From Candidatus Minimicrobia sp. QA0096 (GTDB lineage: Bacteria > Patescibacteriota > Saccharimonadia > Saccharimonadales > Saccharimonadaceae): DNA of 32,000 nucleotides. Made by a program: the position numbers and the translations under genes. The DNA lies in contig NZ_OZ017288.1 of the NCBI RefSeq assembly GCF_963967315.1, forward strand, positions 390,001-422,000. The letters run 5' to 3'. Below are positions 18,423 through 26,187 of this stretch, piece after piece (position 1 is the first letter of the stretch; each line of letters starts with the position of its first letter). The notes beneath the pieces are model-generated. The model saw nothing but the letters and a program-made list of their open reading frames with translations. It did no database searches and was not told where the DNA came from.

Positions 18423-19790
18423 TTATCGTCTTTCCGTAAAGTAGCGCGCTGCATCTGAAGAGAACAACATCATGATCATAATATGCACGCCAATTGAGAT
18501 CAAAAGCAGCATAATCGACGCATTAATTCGCCCAATTGTCACGGATAAAGATTCGGTGACAATAGCTAATGTCGCTACAGAAAGTAGTGAGATTCGCGCC
18601 CGGCTACTTCCTCGAAGTAGCAGTCCAACCAGCACGATTTCCGCCACGACCAACAGCACATTAAAGCCGGCCATCATCGATAACATGGTATTCGCGGCAT
18701 TTATATCAATTCCGTCAATATTCGCAACCTGCACCAAAGTCGTCGGCCAACTAGAAAAGTCCACCAACATTTGCCCAATTGTGAATAACGACGCCAGAAT
18801 CATTAATCCGCCGCCAATTAAAATCTGCGGTGGTCGGCGACTCCAAAGCTCTTCCAGTAAAGTTTCGTGATTTCGCGGATGACGATCATAAATTGTGCCA
18901 TCCATAATCACCCCGAGCCGCGTTGAAGCCGTGACATTATCGTCAGCCTTTATTCGACCAACTCCCAAAATTGGCAAATCGCCATCAGTGCGGATAGAAT
19001 CTCCAAGACCATTGCGCGAATGATAGCCCGTTGAAAAATCCTTTAATATCGTCACTCTAACATTTTTATTGTTACTTTTAACCGACTCAATGATATAATC
19101 TCGTTCAATATCAATATTCTCGTCAATTTTATGCGTGAACTGGAAAGTAAACAAAGAAAAGCCAACGCTCTTATCGTATGTACCAGCCGCCAACCAATCA
19201 ACTCGATGACCGCCAGGAAGAAGCCAGCCAGTTGGGCATCGCCAAAACCTAACATGATGACGACGCCTTGGATTGCCGTCAACTTCCTGCTGATAAGCAA
19301 AGTCCTGCCGTCTACCAAACAAAAATGCGGGCGACACCGGTGCATTTGGATAACTACGACCACTCAGCACCGTAAGCACCATTTTCCAAGCCGACCTTGG
19401 AGTTATGTCATCCGCCAAAACCCAGCCAGCCTCAGTCATTGCCTTATGGAGCTTTTCTTCTGAACCACGCACGCTCAAATTGACAGGGTCGCTTAATACT
19501 CCGTCCGCCGTTCGCGTCCTGCCAATAAAATAATTCGGTACGTACATATTGCTCAAAATTCGATGAAGCCTAGGCAACGCCAAATATGCCACAATTATCC
19601 ACACAACAAAGAACAAGCCAACCAGCCACCAGCCGCCCGTCGCCCAACCTTCTCTAAGTACCAACCATGCCAACCAAAACGATGCCAGACCTGCAAAGAT
19701 AAAAAAGGATTGGTCTAACAATGTAGTCAAGGTCTTCGAGGAGCGATCTTGCCTGGCTGCTATTTTTTTTGGAGTTTTTACTGAACTCAT
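18423..19790 (-). CDS. LssY C-terminal domain-containing membrane protein
   Basis: N-terminal TMs are followed by DPVNLSV.G....L...M.EAGW..AD...PVSPAFLFGRRQDFAYQQE....RRRHHVRFW...THKIDENIDIERDY, the LssY_C pattern as I recall it. Additional TM helices at the C-terminus. TGaTATAAT lies 6 nt upstream of the ATG. Confidence 0.72.
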   Translation of the reverse strand: MSSVKTPKKIAARQDRSSKTLTTLLDQSFFIFAGLASFWLAWLVLREGWATGGWWLVGLFFVVWIIVAYLALPRLHRILSNMYVPNYFIGRTRTADGVLSDPVNLSVRGSEEKLHKAMTEAGWVLADDITPRSAWKMVLTVLSGRSYPNAPVSPAFLFGRRQDFAYQQEVDGNPRRRHHVRFWRCPTGWLLPGGHRVDWLAAGTYDKSVGFSLFTFQFTHKIDENIDIERDYIIESVKSNNKNVRVTILKDFSTGYHSRNGLGDSIRTDGDLPILGVGRIKADDNVTASTRLGVIMDGTIYDRHPRNHETLLEELWSRRPPQILIGGGLMILASLFTIGQMLVDFSSWPTTLVQVANIDGIDINAANTMLSMMAGFNVLLVVAEIVLVGLLLRGSSRARISLLSVATLAIVTESLSVTIGRINASIMLLLISIGVHIMIMMLFSSDAARYFTERR

Positions 19791-20497
19791 AGATTAATTA
19801 TATCATTGAGGAGATTTCGAGCTATCAAACGCGCCTCGTCATCTTGACGCTTAAACACGTCGCCGCGCAAAATAATTTCCTCAGTCACTCGAATTGCTCG
19901 CTCCAAATCGTCATTGATAATCACGTGATAATACGGAACTTCAAGCGCGTAAGCCAACTCTTTTATCGCCGAGGCGTGACGCTTTGGCCACTCCGCTTGA
20001 AAATCTTCTTCGGTTGCGTAACGCTTTTTTAATCGCTCAATCCAAGTTTGGCTATTTGGCGGCACAATGAAAATCGCAATGCTATCTGGCGCCAGTCGCT
20101 CATATTCCTCCACGCCCTGAACGTCAATGTCAGTAATTGCCACGCGGTTCTGGTCATGCGCTAATTTCAACTCAGCCACCGACGTCCCATAAACTGTACC
20201 GTGAACAAACTTCGCCTCGATAAATTCATTATTTTGTAGCATATTTTCGGCAGTTCGCGAATCAATAAAGTGATAATCAATTCCATCTTGCTCGGCGCAT
20301 CCGTTATTTGTGCGTGGCGAACGCGTAGTATGAGAAACGATATCGCGAAACCCTGGCGACTTCAATAATTGTTTTTTTATCGTGTCTTTGCCCGCACCAG
20401 AAATTCCCGCGAGCAGCGCAATTTTCGTACTTTTAACCAACTCAATTGTTGATTCAGTTGGCTGATAATTTGTAATAAGATCTTCAATACTTGGCAT
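19787..20497 (-). CDS. gmk: Guanylate kinase family protein (divergent P-loop, 236 aa)
   Basis: GISGAGKDT P-loop, SHTTRSPR....DGIDYHFI guanylate-kinase signature, and EAKFVHGTVYGT..DIDVQG. Confidence 0.68.
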   Translation of the reverse strand: MPSIEDLITNYQPTESTIELVKSTKIALLAGISGAGKDTIKKQLLKSPGFRDIVSHTTRSPRTNNGCAEQDGIDYHFIDSRTAENMLQNNEFIEAKFVHGTVYGTSVAELKLAHDQNRVAITDIDVQGVEEYERLAPDSIAIFIVPPNSQTWIERLKKRYATEEDFQAEWPKRHASAIKELAYALEVPYYHVIINDDLERAIRVTEEIILRGDVFKRQDDEARLIARNLLNDIINL

Positions 20498-20506
20498 AAT
20501 ATCTAC

Positions 20507-20965
20507 CTATAATAACTCATCAAGTACAGATTGCCAATTGGGAAATTCAGAACTTCCAAAACGAATAAGCCGACCAGAAAACTCGCCCGCATCATTCGCC
20601 GTCCGATCGTCAATCAAAATATCGCCTCGACTCAAATTCTTTGCTGACGAAAAAATAACCTTACGAAAGAAAATATTATCCGAACCTTCGCCACCAAAAT
20701 ACTTTTTCACCCACGCCAACTTATCTCCCAAAGCCGTCGGATTTTCCCACGGAGAAGAAGATAAAATGTATAAATCGTATTTGTCTTTCAGGGCGTAAAC
20801 CGCCTCGATAGCTCCAGGCACGGGTTCCATTAAAGAAAAAATTCCTGGAATATTATCGTGATGACCAGCAAACTCATCAATCAACTCGGGCGATATTTTT
20901 GTTAAAGCAGATTTGAAATCCGCCAAAACGCCATCCATATCAATATAAACAATGAGTTTTTTCAT
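20507..20965 (-). CDS. HAD-family 5'(3')-deoxyribonucleotidase (NT5C-like)
   Basis: VYIDMDGVLADF is HAD motif I (DxDxV). Small size and ILIDDR motif fit the NT5C family. Confidence 0.72.
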   Translation of the reverse strand: MKKLIVYIDMDGVLADFKSALTKISPELIDEFAGHHDNIPGIFSLMEPVPGAIEAVYALKDKYDLYILSSSPWENPTALGDKLAWVKKYFGGEGSDNIFFRKVIFSSAKNLSRGDILIDDRTANDAGEFSGRLIRFGSSEFPNWQSVLDELL

Positions 20966-20967
20966 AG

Positions 20968-21930
20968 TTAATCCCTTTTTAGCATCACCATAAATGCTTC
21001 GCTCGGTATGTCAACTTTACCAAAGCGCTTCATTCGTTTTTTACCGCGCGCTTGCTTGGCGAGAAGCTTCTTTTTACGACTGACATCGCCGCCGTAAAGA
21101 TAGCCCGTAACGTCTTTTCGATAAGCGCCGATATTTTCCCTGGCAATAAACTTACCGCCAATTGCCGCTTGCAATGAAACTTCAAAACTCTGGCGCGGCA
21201 CGACTTCTTTCAACTTCTTAACAATCTCGCGCCCCAAATGCTGCGATTCCGACCGATGGCACATTACGCTCAACGAATCAACCATTTCGCCCGCCACATA
21301 AAAATCGACACGCACCAAATCTTCCACTTGATAATCCGCCAACTCATAATTAAACGAACCGTAGCCGCTGGTAATAGATTTCAATTGGTCATAAAAATCC
21401 GTCAACAAATTCGCAAGTGGCGCCGCGAATGAAATCAGCGCCCGCTCGTCAATGTAACTCAGGTTTTTCTGGCGGCCACGCTTGCTCACAATCAACTGAA
21501 TCACCGCACCGATGTAATCCTGCGACACAACAATTTCACCGTCAATCCACGGCTCGCGAATCTCTTTTATCTGCGCTGGGTCGGGCAATTCGCTGGCGGA
21601 TTTAATATCCAGCTCCTCGCCATTCGTCAAACTAACTTGATAATCAGTACTCGGATTGGTCACAATCAAATCCAAATTATATTCACGCTCTAGTCGCTCG
21701 CGAATGATGTCCATATGAAGCAGACCCAAAAATCCAATTCGCACACCATAGCCCAGAACCGGCGAATTTTCCGGCTCGAATTGCAGCGCCGAATCGCTGA
21801 GGCTCAACTTTTCAATTGCCTCTTTCAGGTCATTATAGTCTTCATTGGACACTGGGAAAAACCCCGCATAAACGAAGGGCTTGACTTCTTTGTAGCCGGG
21901 TAGAGGGTGGACGGTAATTTTTTTGGTCAT
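20968..21930 (-). CDS. lepA: Elongation factor 4 (LepA), C-terminal fragment (domains III, V and CTD); split gene or possible pseudogene
   Basis: MTKKITVHPLPGYKEVKPFVYAGFFPV..FEPENSPVLGYGVRIGFLGLLHMDIIRERLEREYNLDLI...KKRMKRFGKVDIPSEAF is LepA from the end of domain II onward. TGATATAAT (21942-21950) lies 11 nt upstream and there is no SD. Confidence 0.9.
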   Translation of the reverse strand: MTKKITVHPLPGYKEVKPFVYAGFFPVSNEDYNDLKEAIEKLSLSDSALQFEPENSPVLGYGVRIGFLGLLHMDIIRERLEREYNLDLIVTNPSTDYQVSLTNGEELDIKSASELPDPAQIKEIREPWIDGEIVVSQDYIGAVIQLIVSKRGRQKNLSYIDERALISFAAPLANLLTDFYDQLKSITSGYGSFNYELADYQVEDLVRVDFYVAGEMVDSLSVMCHRSESQHLGREIVKKLKEVVPRQSFEVSLQAAIGGKFIARENIGAYRKDVTGYLYGGDVSRKKKLLAKQARGKKRMKRFGKVDIPSEAFMVMLKRD

Positions 21931-22040
21931 AACTATTTGTTATTATATCAGCTCAATGTTTTTATATAAACGCACAGTAAATCGCTCCTTGCATGCCTAC
22001 TTATTCTCAGCAAATTATTCCTTACACACTGAGGTCTAAC

Positions 22041-22511
22041 CTATAACTGCTCAAAAATCTTATGAGCTTGATTCTTGCCAATAGCCTGAACCAGTTCAGC
22101 GTAACTCATCCACCGACCGTGCTTAGCTTTGTCGCGACGATAGTCCTTCTCATCGGTAATATCGCCCTTAACTATTGCATCAACATTACGCCAAGCAATC
22201 CAAGGCATGTTATCGCTCAAAAAGCTATAATCTAGATGAACATAATTTTCGTTGATCAGTTTATAGTCTGACGATGAAAATCCGCGCGCATACAACTCGC
22301 GGAGAATAACGTCTGCTAGTTCAGCAAAGTTGTCAGCAGTGACACACAAAAAGTCATCGTATTCTTCACCAAGTTCGTATGATCGTCCATTCATAAAAAC
22401 ACAATACAAATCATCGTCGACAATTTTCTCATCCAACCACACACGACGATCGCGTGTTATCGGAATTACGCGACATCTAATCTTCTCTGTAAAGTTTTTG
22501 AAGTTACTCAT
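22041..22511 (-). CDS. Hypothetical acidic cytoplasmic protein (156 aa), no recognisable domain
   Basis: ORF MSNFKNFTEKIRCRVIPITRDRRVWLDEK...; start taken at 22511 (the track's 22535 start adds a hydrophobic MIYLLLAI). Same strand as the MazG-like gene and 74 nt downstream of it. Confidence 0.5.
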   Translation of the reverse strand: MSNFKNFTEKIRCRVIPITRDRRVWLDEKIVDDDLYCVFMNGRSYELGEEYDDFLCVTADNFAELADVILRELYARGFSSSDYKLINENYVHLDYSFLSDNMPWIAWRNVDAIVKGDITDEKDYRRDKAKHGRWMSYAELVQAIGKNQAHKIFEQL

Positions 22512-22585
22512 AATTGCCAACAACAGATATATCAATACCTATTTCGTGCATTTTATTACATCTGCGCTTTTCAATACAGTATATA

Positions 22586-22900
22586 CTATTTCCACTGTCG
22601 CGTCTGGTTGATCTTGTGCTTCTCAAAATACACTTCCGCCAAATTGACGTCAAACCGATTTGCCAATTCCATCAAATAGTTCAGTACGTCCGCAAACTCC
22701 TCGCGCAGATTGTCGTGGTTATCAGGTCTTTTTTCTCCCTTAAATCCTGTCTCTTTGCGAATCGCCTTCGCCAGCTCGCCAACTTCCTCGGCTAACAATA
22801 AGAATACTTCAGTGACAGAATTTTTATCCCAACCTTTCTCCTTACAAGTTTGATCGAGGTGTTTTTGTAATTCAGTTAAGCTTATTGTTTGTGGATTCAT
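22586..22900 (-). CDS. MazG-like nucleoside triphosphate pyrophosphohydrolase (single-domain, 104 aa)
   Basis: LLLAEEVGELAKAIRKE and EEFADVLNYLMELANRFDVNL are the EExxE / ExxD metal-binding helices of the all-alpha NTP-PPase fold. GAAGGA SD upstream. Confidence 0.8.
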   Translation of the reverse strand: MNPQTISLTELQKHLDQTCKEKGWDKNSVTEVFLLLAEEVGELAKAIRKETGFKGEKRPDNHDNLREEFADVLNYLMELANRFDVNLAEVYFEKHKINQTRQWK

Positions 22901-22927
22901 GGTTTTTCCTTCTTTAATCTTAATTAA
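22869..22927. repeat. Direct repeat copy A (RBS plus first ~10 codons of the MazG-like gene)
   Basis: aattcagttaagcttattgtttgtGgattcAtggtttttccttctttaatcttaattaa matches 23650-23706 with a few substitutions and a 2-nt indel. Confidence 0.85.
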
Positions 22928-23073
22928 CTTACACTTGATGAAATATAAACATAGCAGGAAGCAAGAATCTGCTCGCTATCCAATCCTATTTTTAATTACT
23001 ATTATACTCTGATTTATCAAACAATATATCACTTTGGTTAAATATTTTTTCCTGTGATAGTCCAAAATCTCTA

Positions 23074-23108
23074 CCAGCAACTTTTTTATGAAGTTGCTGG
23101 TTTTGTTT
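23074..23108. terminator. Strong hairpin downstream of the SemiSWEET gene (possible bidirectional terminator)
   Basis: CCAGCAACTT-ttttatg-AAGTTGCTGG is a perfect 10-bp stem. TTTTGTTT follows on the plus strand; on the minus strand TTTT follows after 5 nt. Confidence 0.45.
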
Positions 23109-23117
23109 ATATAACTT

Positions 23118-23381
23118 TTATAAAGAAGTAATAAAAGTTAAACCGCCTAATATCACTCCCGCTGCATTGGGAATGATGAGGATCCAGTCTTTTTTAGGTT
23201 CTTTTGTCCAACCATAGATTACCCAAATTAAACAAGAAACTGCTGCGAATAGTGGTTGGAATGGTTGAGCTTTTTCTCCTTGTAGGTTAGCGATAATTTG
23301 TGGAATATATGCAATAAAGACAAGGATCCCAATAAAAGCTCCAATAGATCCGACAAAGCGATTAATTTTTTGTTTAGACAT
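23118..23381 (-). CDS. SemiSWEET / PQ-loop family small sugar transporter (3 TM, 87 aa)
   Basis: MSKQKINRFVGSIGAFIGILVFIAYIPQIIANL has the PQ motif in TM1. CLIWVIYGW is the W..YG motif of TM2, and IIPNAAGVILG carries the Asn in TM3. GAGG lies 6 nt upstream of the ATG at 23381. An alternative ATG at 23393 adds MRYY. Confidence 0.75.
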   Translation of the reverse strand: MSKQKINRFVGSIGAFIGILVFIAYIPQIIANLQGEKAQPFQPLFAAVSCLIWVIYGWTKEPKKDWILIIPNAAGVILGGLTFITSL

Positions 23382-23427
23382 ATAATACCTCATGAGGTTT
23401 TATTATATTATAAAGGAAAAGATGCTG

Positions 23428-23607
23428 TCAATAATTTTGTGTAAACACTCTAGTAGAGTCTTCAAACAAAGTAACTAAGTAACGTTCCAGAGCCTCCTCG
23501 TTAGGAAAAAGAACCTTCTATTTCGTTTGACGTTTGATTTCTTTATTAAGAGACTTAATGAGTTTTGTCGAATAAATGCTATGCCAAATCTGGTAAGGAA
23601 ACTGATT
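23428..23607 (-). pseudogene. IS256-family (mutator-type) transposase C-terminal remnant
   Basis: Minus-strand frame reads NQFPYQIWHSIYSTKLIKSLNKEIKRQTK*KVLFPNEEALERYLVTLFEDSTRVFTQNY*. This matches the conserved C-terminal FP...IYTTN.IE.LN.EI.RR.K....FPNE.A..R block of IS256-type transposases. An in-frame TAG lies at 23518-23520, and the upstream ~350 codons are absent. Confidence 0.6.
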
Positions 23608-23649
23608 TCAGCAATCATACGCGTCAATACTACGAACCAACGCCAAAAA

Positions 23650-23706
23650 AATTCAGTTAAGCTTATTGTTTGTAGATTCGTGGTTTCCCTTTTTAATCTT
23701 AATTAA
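23650..23706. repeat. Direct repeat copy B (decayed copy of the MazG-like gene 5' end)
   Basis: aattcagttaagcttattgtttgtAgattcGtggtttccctttttaatcttaattaa. The ATG of copy A reads ACG here. The terminal TTAATTAA supplies the stop codon of the lepA N-terminal fragment. Confidence 0.85.
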
Positions 23707-24529
23707 AATATCTCCCCAGTGTTACCGTATCGCCAACCCGCGCCTCGCGTGTCGTTTTCAGGTTCGTCACAATATAGCCAATTTCGCCAGTTTCAAGCGA
23801 AGGGTCGGGTTGCATGGCTGGGTTAAGATGACCGACTTCCAGAGCTAGTCCATCTGCGCCAGTCGCCATCATTCGGATAGATTCGCCCTTTTTAATTCGC
23901 CCGTCAACCACCCGCACGTATAAAATCACGCCACGATAATCGTCATAATAGCTATCAAAAATCAACGCCCTAGTCGGACCATCAGCATCGCCAGTTGGTG
24001 CCGGAATTTTATCAACAACCGCATCCAAAACCTTATCTACGTTTTGACCAGTTTTAGCAGAAATATGAATAATCTCGCTCTCGTCGCAGCCCAACAAATT
24101 AATGACTTGCCTGGATACGCGCGGTATATCGGCGGCTGGCAAATCAACCTTATTCAAGACCGGAATAATCGTCAAATCCTGCTCCATTGCCAGGTAAACA
24201 TTCGACAATGTTTGCGCCTGAATTCCTTGACTAGCATCAACCACCAATATCGCGCCCTCGCAAGCCTGCAAGCTACGCGAAACTTCATAACTAAAATCAA
24301 CATGCCCCGGAGTGTCAATCAAATTCAGATCGACATTTTTATATCGCATTCGCACCGGCGCCAACTTAATAGTAATGCCTTTTTCTCGCTCCAAATCCAT
24401 CGAATCCAGCAACTGCGATTTCATCTCGCGCTTTTCTACCGTCCCAGTCATCTCCATCATTCGATCAGCCAGCGTAGACTTGCCGTGATCAATATGAGCA
24501 ATAATACAAAAATTCCGAATATTTTCCAT
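23699..24529 (-). CDS. lepA: Elongation factor 4 (LepA), N-terminal fragment (GTPase domain I plus domain II); split gene or possible pseudogene
   Basis: [40 protein letters not shown].. are the G1-G4 motifs. The fragment ends ..[12 protein letters not shown] followed by RYFN* read from inserted sequence. Its start overlaps the murJ stop (TAATG). Confidence 0.93.
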   Translation of the reverse strand: MENIRNFCIIAHIDHGKSTLADRMMEMTGTVEKREMKSQLLDSMDLEREKGITIKLAPVRMRYKNVDLNLIDTPGHVDFSYEVSRSLQACEGAILVVDASQGIQAQTLSNVYLAMEQDLTIIPVLNKVDLPAADIPRVSRQVINLLGCDESEIIHISAKTGQNVDKVLDAVVDKIPAPTGDADGPTRALIFDSYYDDYRGVILYVRVVDGRIKKGESIRMMATGADGLALEVGHLNPAMQPDPSLETGEIGYIVTNLKTTREARVGDTVTLGRYFN

Positions 24530-26181
24530 TAGCCCTTAAACTCCAATCGTCCAAATAACACTTTCTTCAATCGCGCAAGAATCGGGTCAATTTCCGGCAA
24601 TTTTAGCCACTTCGAAGCCGCGGCATACGCGCCAAAACTAACCAATGAAATGATAACGAATTTCGGAAAAGCGCTAAAGAAGCTGTCGTCATGATAACGA
24701 AATGGCAAAACCAACACACCAATATAACAAACTACACCCGTAATAATTCCAGCGAGTATCATCTTAAAAATTGCTCGCACAAACGTCATGTCGAATAATT
24801 TTGGCATTTGACGATTCATAACCGCCAAAAGAACAACCACTTCCAAAACTGCCACTGTCGATTGAGCCCAGGCCAATCCATATGCGCCCATTTTCAAAAC
24901 CATCGACAGAACAATTGCTAAGATGATGTTCAAAGTAATCGAGAAAATTGAAATGTACAGCGGAGTTTTCGTGTCTTGGCGGGCGTAAAATGCTCGCGCG
25001 GCCATGTGATAAATAGTTCGGAATAAAATCGCCACGACCAGGCAGCCCAAAATTCCAGCAATCAGCTGATCACCACCGTTACTAATAAAGTGCACAACGT
25101 ATCCCCTGGTAAAGAAAATCACCACCGACATCGGAAGTGCCATCCAAAAAATAATTCTCAGCAGGGAACGCAGGTCTTTTTGAAATAGATCATTTCGACC
25201 TTCGCCCAAATGCTCAGTTAATTGCGGAAAGGCGGCATTTGAAATCGCCACACCAATAAGATTGATCGGCATCATATGAAGAGTCAAAGCCTGTTGGTAC
25301 GCCCTAACCGTTCCGTCAGCCAAGCGCGAAGCCAAATTGACCTCAACCAAGCTAACCACATAATCCATTCCTTGATCGACAGAACGCGCCGGCAATAAAG
25401 ATAAAACTTTCCTAAATCCCTTATTTCGCCAATAGATTTTGAAATTGTAATCAAACCCAAGCCCAGCCAAACCGACCGCACTGACGATCAATTGTAAAAA
25501 TGATCCCAAAACCACACCCAATGCTACACCCATAATGCCGCCGTCAAAAATCTGCCAGCCGAATAAATTGACGCCGCCGGTAAACCACACCGTACCAATA
25601 ATAATACCGACGTTATACAGCATTGGCGCCAGCGCGCAGAACATAAATCGACCAACCGCTTGCTGAATACTAGCAATCACCGCCGCAACCGCAAAGATAA
25701 ACGGGTTAACCGCGATTACCTGCATCATACTGACCGCCAAAGCATGACCAGACTCACTCAGGCCAGGCGCGATTAAGTACTTCATCAACGGATCAGCGAA
25801 AATAATAATCAACACCGACGCCGCCATGGTTATTAGCGCCATAAAATTGATCATGCTAGAGCTAATTTGCCAAGCCGACTGCTTATTGCCCTTGACCCAG
25901 CGCTCATTAAAAACTGGAATGAACGTCACACTAAGCGCACCAGAAACCAGCACTGCAAACATAAAATCTGGCACCATGAAAGCCGCCGTATAAGCGTCTA
26001 GTCCAACCGGGTATCCCGCCGATACTCCATTTTTACTTGGCATGTAGGCAGAGTTAAGTAGACGATCACGGAAAAATCCCAGCAAGCTCGACAGCAACGT
26101 CGAGCTTGCCATAATCGTAGCAGCCAATTTAACATTAAGCCGCTGATTTATTTTCGTAACTGTACTACGAACGCGCCCCAT
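24529..26181 (-). CDS. murJ: Lipid II flippase MurJ (MviN family)
   Basis: 550-aa polytopic protein. The N-terminus ..[26 protein letters not shown] is typical of MurJ, and the rest is consistent with a 14-TM MOP-superfamily layout. Confidence 0.88.
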   Translation of the reverse strand: MGRVRSTVTKINQRLNVKLAATIMASSTLLSSLLGFFRDRLLNSAYMPSKNGVSAGYPVGLDAYTAAFMVPDFMFAVLVSGALSVTFIPVFNERWVKGNKQSAWQISSSMINFMALITMAASVLIIIFADPLMKYLIAPGLSESGHALAVSMMQVIAVNPFIFAVAAVIASIQQAVGRFMFCALAPMLYNVGIIIGTVWFTGGVNLFGWQIFDGGIMGVALGVVLGSFLQLIVSAVGLAGLGFDYNFKIYWRNKGFRKVLSLLPARSVDQGMDYVVSLVEVNLASRLADGTVRAYQQALTLHMMPINLIGVAISNAAFPQLTEHLGEGRNDLFQKDLRSLLRIIFWMALPMSVVIFFTRGYVVHFISNGGDQLIAGILGCLVVAILFRTIYHMAARAFYARQDTKTPLYISIFSITLNIILAIVLSMVLKMGAYGLAWAQSTVAVLEVVVLLAVMNRQMPKLFDMTFVRAIFKMILAGIITGVVCYIGVLVLPFRYHDDSFFSAFPKFVIISLVSFGAYAAASKWLKLPEIDPILARLKKVLFGRLEFKG

Positions 26182-26187
26182 AGTATT

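Larger units (their letters stand above)
21931..23713 (-). mobile_element. ~1.8 kb insertion interrupting lepA (degenerate mobile or cargo cassette)
   Basis: Lies between two halves of one lepA reading frame. Contains three unrelated same-strand ORFs, an IS256-family transposase remnant and an internal ~57-bp direct repeat. By eye it is visibly more AT-rich than the flanks. The exact ends are not resolved. Confidence 0.6.

Noticed and set aside
22330-22795. Plus-strand ORFs 22330-22611 and 22514-22795 within the insertion
   Set aside because: They are antisense to the MazG-like and 156-aa ORFs. The MazG frame has clear catalytic motifs, and the plus-strand frames are low complexity with no start signals.
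22869-23706. The two ~57-bp repeats as a CRISPR array or att sites
   Set aside because: Only two copies exist, 781 bp apart, and they enclose genes rather than short spacers. One copy is clearly the 5' end of a gene, so this is a segmental duplication and not a CRISPR array. Att-site status cannot be supported without an integrase.
21931-23713. lepA split explained as a frameshift or sequencing error, an intein, or a self-splicing intron
   Set aside because: The two halves are separated by about 1.8 kb containing three independent ORFs with their own RBSs and an IS remnant. There are no intein blocks in frame with LepA, and I could see no group I/II intron-like structure or reverse transcriptase/maturase.
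21931-23720. Terminal inverted repeats or a target-site duplication at the ends of the lepA insertion
   Set aside because: I compared 21931-21990 with 23680-23720 on both strands and found only a weak shared GATAT(A/T). That is too short and AT-rich to count, so the boundaries and mechanism remain undefined.
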